Below are positions 59,618 through 61,947 of a stretch of DNA of 61,947 nt, piece after piece (within the stretch, counting starts at the first letter, position 1; every line of letters starts with the position of its first letter). Source of the stretch: an uncultured Fidelibacterota bacterium (GTDB taxonomy: Bacteria > Fidelibacterota > Marinisomatia > Marinisomatales > UBA1611); assembly GCA_902602795.1 (NCBI GenBank), contig CACKSF010000003.1:1-61947 (forward strand), read 5' to 3'. The notes below the pieces were generated by a model. That model worked only from the letters and a program-made list of their open reading frames with translations. It had not been told where the DNA came from and ran no database searches. The translations under genes and the position numbers were made by a program.

Positions 59618-59654
59618 AATGCCCTTTGTTACTGCAGAGGGCATTTTGTTTTTT
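59618..59654 (+). terminator. Rho-independent terminator
   Basis: AATGCCCTTTG / CAGAGGGCATT stem followed by T-rich TTGTTTTTT. Confidence 0.8.
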
Positions 59655-59868
59655 AGACATAATAGATACTTTTTTACACATGGATCCTAAGTTCCTATCC
59701 TATTGGAAAGATTATGTTTTTCAGAGTCCTTATACTGAGGGAACTGCATTAAGGATATTATTGGGTGATTATAGGAGTATTGTTGCCTTTCTAATTAGTA
59801 CCAGTGTTCTTTTGCTAACTATAATTGCTTGTGTATCAAAACCTTATTTAAAAGATTTAGTTTAATCT

Positions 59869-60690
59869 ATGAGTCGAAAATTGGCGATTCTACTTTTGAT
59901 TACTACAGGAGTCTTATGGAGCACTGGTGGCTTAATAATAAAATTAATTCCGTGGTCTCCAGTTAGTATTGCTGGTATTCGAAGTGTACTTTCAGCTGTA
60001 ATCATTTATCTTTATAGTAAACCAGACAGGAAAAATTTTGGAAAAATAAATGGGCTGGAGCTTTTTGTTATTCTGTAATGGTTTTATGCTTTGTTTTTGC
60101 AAACAAGATTACAACTTCCGGCAATGTGATTCTTATTCAATATGCCGCGCCAATATACGTCGCATTATTTGGCTATTCTTTCCTTGGGGAAAAAGCTACA
60201 AAGATAGGTTTACTATTGCAATAATCATATTTGGACTGAGTTGTTTTTTTTATGAGGATCTATCGTTTAAACAAAAATGGGGTAATATTCTTTCCATTTT
60301 TTCTGGATTGGGTTTTGCCGGTCTAACACTATTTACGAGAAAAGAAAAAATGAAAATCCAATTGATTGTGTTTTATTAGGCAACCTCATCACGTTTGTGA
60401 TTTGTCTGCCTTTTTATTTTAAAGGAGTTACAATGGCAGCGACTCCATGGCTTTATATTACATTTCTTGGTTTAATCCAACTTGGATTAGCTTACATTTT
60501 ATTTAGTATTGCAATTAAATATGTTAACGCATTAGATGCTATAATATATCCTGTGATTGAACCTCTTTTCAATCCCTTGTTGACTTTTATATTTTTAGAA
60601 GAGACTATGAGCGAAATAGCATTAATTGGGGGCTTTTTAGTAATCGCTGGTGTAATTGGGAGAGGCTTTTTACATAAAGCTTCAAGCTAA
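59869..60690 (+). pseudogene. EamA/DMT transporter with three frameshifts
   Basis: Continuous DMT homology across frames: GVLWSTGG / WAGAFCYSVMVLCFVFANKITTSGNVILIQYAAP / GNILSIFSGLGFA / LLGNL...IQLGLAY...IEPLFNP. Breaks near 60048, 60205 and 60348. Confidence 0.85.
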
Positions 60691-60701
60691 TTATGATTAC
60701 T

Positions 60702-61934
60702 TTATCCTTCTCTAAGGTTATAGGCGACATGAACCCTATCAATTGCAACCATAAAAGAAGCAATTCTCATAGGAACTTGCTTGCTTTTTTTCATCTCGAA
60801 TACTTCGTTAAATGCATGCACCATTTTATCTTCCAGCTTTTTATTTACATCTTCTTCTGACCATTTAAATTGTTGGAGGTTTTGAACCCATTCAAAATAA
60901 GATACTGTAACTCCACCTGCGTTTGTTAAAATATCAGGTATGATACCTATTTTCCTGCCCCATAGTTTTTCTGCCGCAGATCCTGTAACTGGGCCATTGG
61001 CAGCTTCTACAATTACTTTGCAATTTAATGAATCAACGTTTTTATCATTGATAGCACTTCCTAACGCTGCTGGTATTAAAAAGTCACAATCCAAAGCAAG
61101 CAATTCATCATTAGTAATTTTTTTTCCTTGGTCGAAACCATCTATTGTCCTGTTTTCATAATTGAATTTAAAAAGTGAAGGGATATCAAGTCCATCTGGA
61201 TCAAAGATGCCACCCTTCACGTCACTTACTGCAATTACTTTACATCCATATTCGTGCAAAAACTTTGCGGCATAAGACCCTACATTTCCAAAACCTTGAA
61301 TCACAACTTTTGCATTTTTTAGTTCTATATTCCATTTTTCAGCTGTTTCTCTTGTTACAACTGCAGTGCCTTTACCAGTAGCCGCTTCTCTTCCAGCGGA
61401 ACCACCAAGTTCTAAAGGCTTGCCTGTAACGATTGCAGGAGAATATCCATGAAGTTGACTATACTCATCCATAAACCAACTCATGACTTGGGCATTTGTA
61501 TTTACATCTGGTGCTGGGATATCAACATTTACGCCTATAATTGGATCAATTGCCCTAAAAAACCGTCTGGACATTCTTTCCAATTCTGTTTTGCTATATT
61601 TTGTAGGATCAACTCCTATACCTCCTTTACCCCCACCATATGGGATATCTAATAATGATGTTTTCCATGTCATTAGTGTTGCGAGAGATCGTACCTCTTC
61701 AATATCTACATGCTGATGATATCGAATTCCGCCCTTAAAGGGTCCTCTAGTATTGTTGTGCTGAACTCTAAAACCAATTACACTCTCTACTTCACCATTA
61801 TCCCTTCTAAAAGGAACTTCTACAGTTAATTCACGGTCTGGAATCTCTAACGCATTTGCAATATTTTGTTTAAGGCCTAGCGCTTTAACTGCTTGTTCAT
61901 ACGCTGCGGATGTGGGATTAGTGCTTGAAGACAT
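60702..61934 (-). CDS. gdhA: Glutamate dehydrogenase (Glu/Leu/Phe/Val family)
   Basis: GPFKGGIRY, MTWK, GGGKGG, PAPDVNT, GREAATG, QGFGNVG, EAANGP, NAGGVTVSYFEWVQN. Confidence 0.95.
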   Translation of the reverse strand: MSSSTNPTSAAYEQAVKALGLKQNIANALEIPDRELTVEVPFRRDNGEVESVIGFRVQHNNTRGPFKGGIRYHQHVDIEEVRSLATLMTWKTSLLDIPYGGGKGGIGVDPTKYSKTELERMSRRFFRAIDPIIGVNVDIPAPDVNTNAQVMSWFMDEYSQLHGYSPAIVTGKPLELGGSAGREAATGKGTAVVTRETAEKWNIELKNAKVVIQGFGNVGSYAAKFLHEYGCKVIAVSDVKGGIFDPDGLDIPSLFKFNYENRTIDGFDQGKKITNDELLALDCDFLIPAALGSAINDKNVDSLNCKVIVEAANGPVTGSAAEKLWGRKIGIIPDILTNAGGVTVSYFEWVQNLQQFKWSEEDVNKKLEDKMVHAFNEVFEMKKSKQVPMRIASFMVAIDRVHVAYNLREG

Positions 61935-61947
61935 TGTTTTTCCTCGC

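Noticed and set aside
59626-59865. 79-aa ORF as an intact gene
   Set aside because: The start lies inside the terminator hairpin and no family is recognisable; at most a fragment from ATG 59680.
1072-61716. Short antisense or alternate-frame ORFs (e.g. 1072..1257, 23731..24075, 40621..41025, 43952..44311, 48164..48547, 53459..53965)
   Set aside because: They overlap well-supported genes and have no motifs; treated as shadow ORFs.
1-61947. CRISPR arrays, tRNA/rRNA, IS elements, long tandem repeats
   Set aside because: Intergenic gaps are short and none showed repeat-spacer periodicity, cloverleaf motifs or transposase ORFs on reading; subtle elements could be missed without tools.

Overview
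AT-rich, gene-dense bacterial chromosome segment. The protein content suggests a marine FCB-group organism, most plausibly Ca. Marinimicrobia/Marinisomatota (inference only). Five blocks are visible. (1) 1-22.2 kb, an iron/heme island: TonB receptor plus DUF4856-type lipoprotein, a GT-C membrane protein plus FAD enzyme, HmuTUV and a HugZ-like protein, a complete C4 (Shemin, ALAS-based) heme pathway (hemA, hemC[/D], hemE, hemH, hemF, hemJ, hemB), an internally deleted ahpC with intact ahpD, a ferritin-like protein, and a TetR-TonB receptor-HmuY-like unit. It carries three near-identical Fur-like boxes and a perfect 16-bp TetR-type operator. (2) 22-27 kb: paired exported amidohydrolase-fold proteins and a LOG-family protein. 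(3) 27.8-36 kb: a eukaryote-like kynurenine operon (TDO, KMO, KynU, 3-HAO, ACMSD, aldehyde dehydrogenase, Rid deaminase) with an unexplained atypical SDR and a 2Fe-2S ferredoxin. (4) 36-48 kb: pentose phosphate genes, a eukaryote-type cysteine dioxygenase, a YeiH exporter, an orphan homologue of phage DNA-hypermodification enzymes (aGPT-Pplase1 type), a sulfatase and system II cytochrome c maturation genes. (5) 48-62 kb: mocA-xdhC-cysteine desulfurase, a Moco operon with a possible degenerate Moco RNA leader, DASS transporter plus USP, a PuuD-like protein, a frameshifted EamA pseudogene and glutamate dehydrogenase. No rRNA, tRNA, CRISPR array, transposase or integrase was recognised. All family calls come from recognising motifs by eye, not from database searches.
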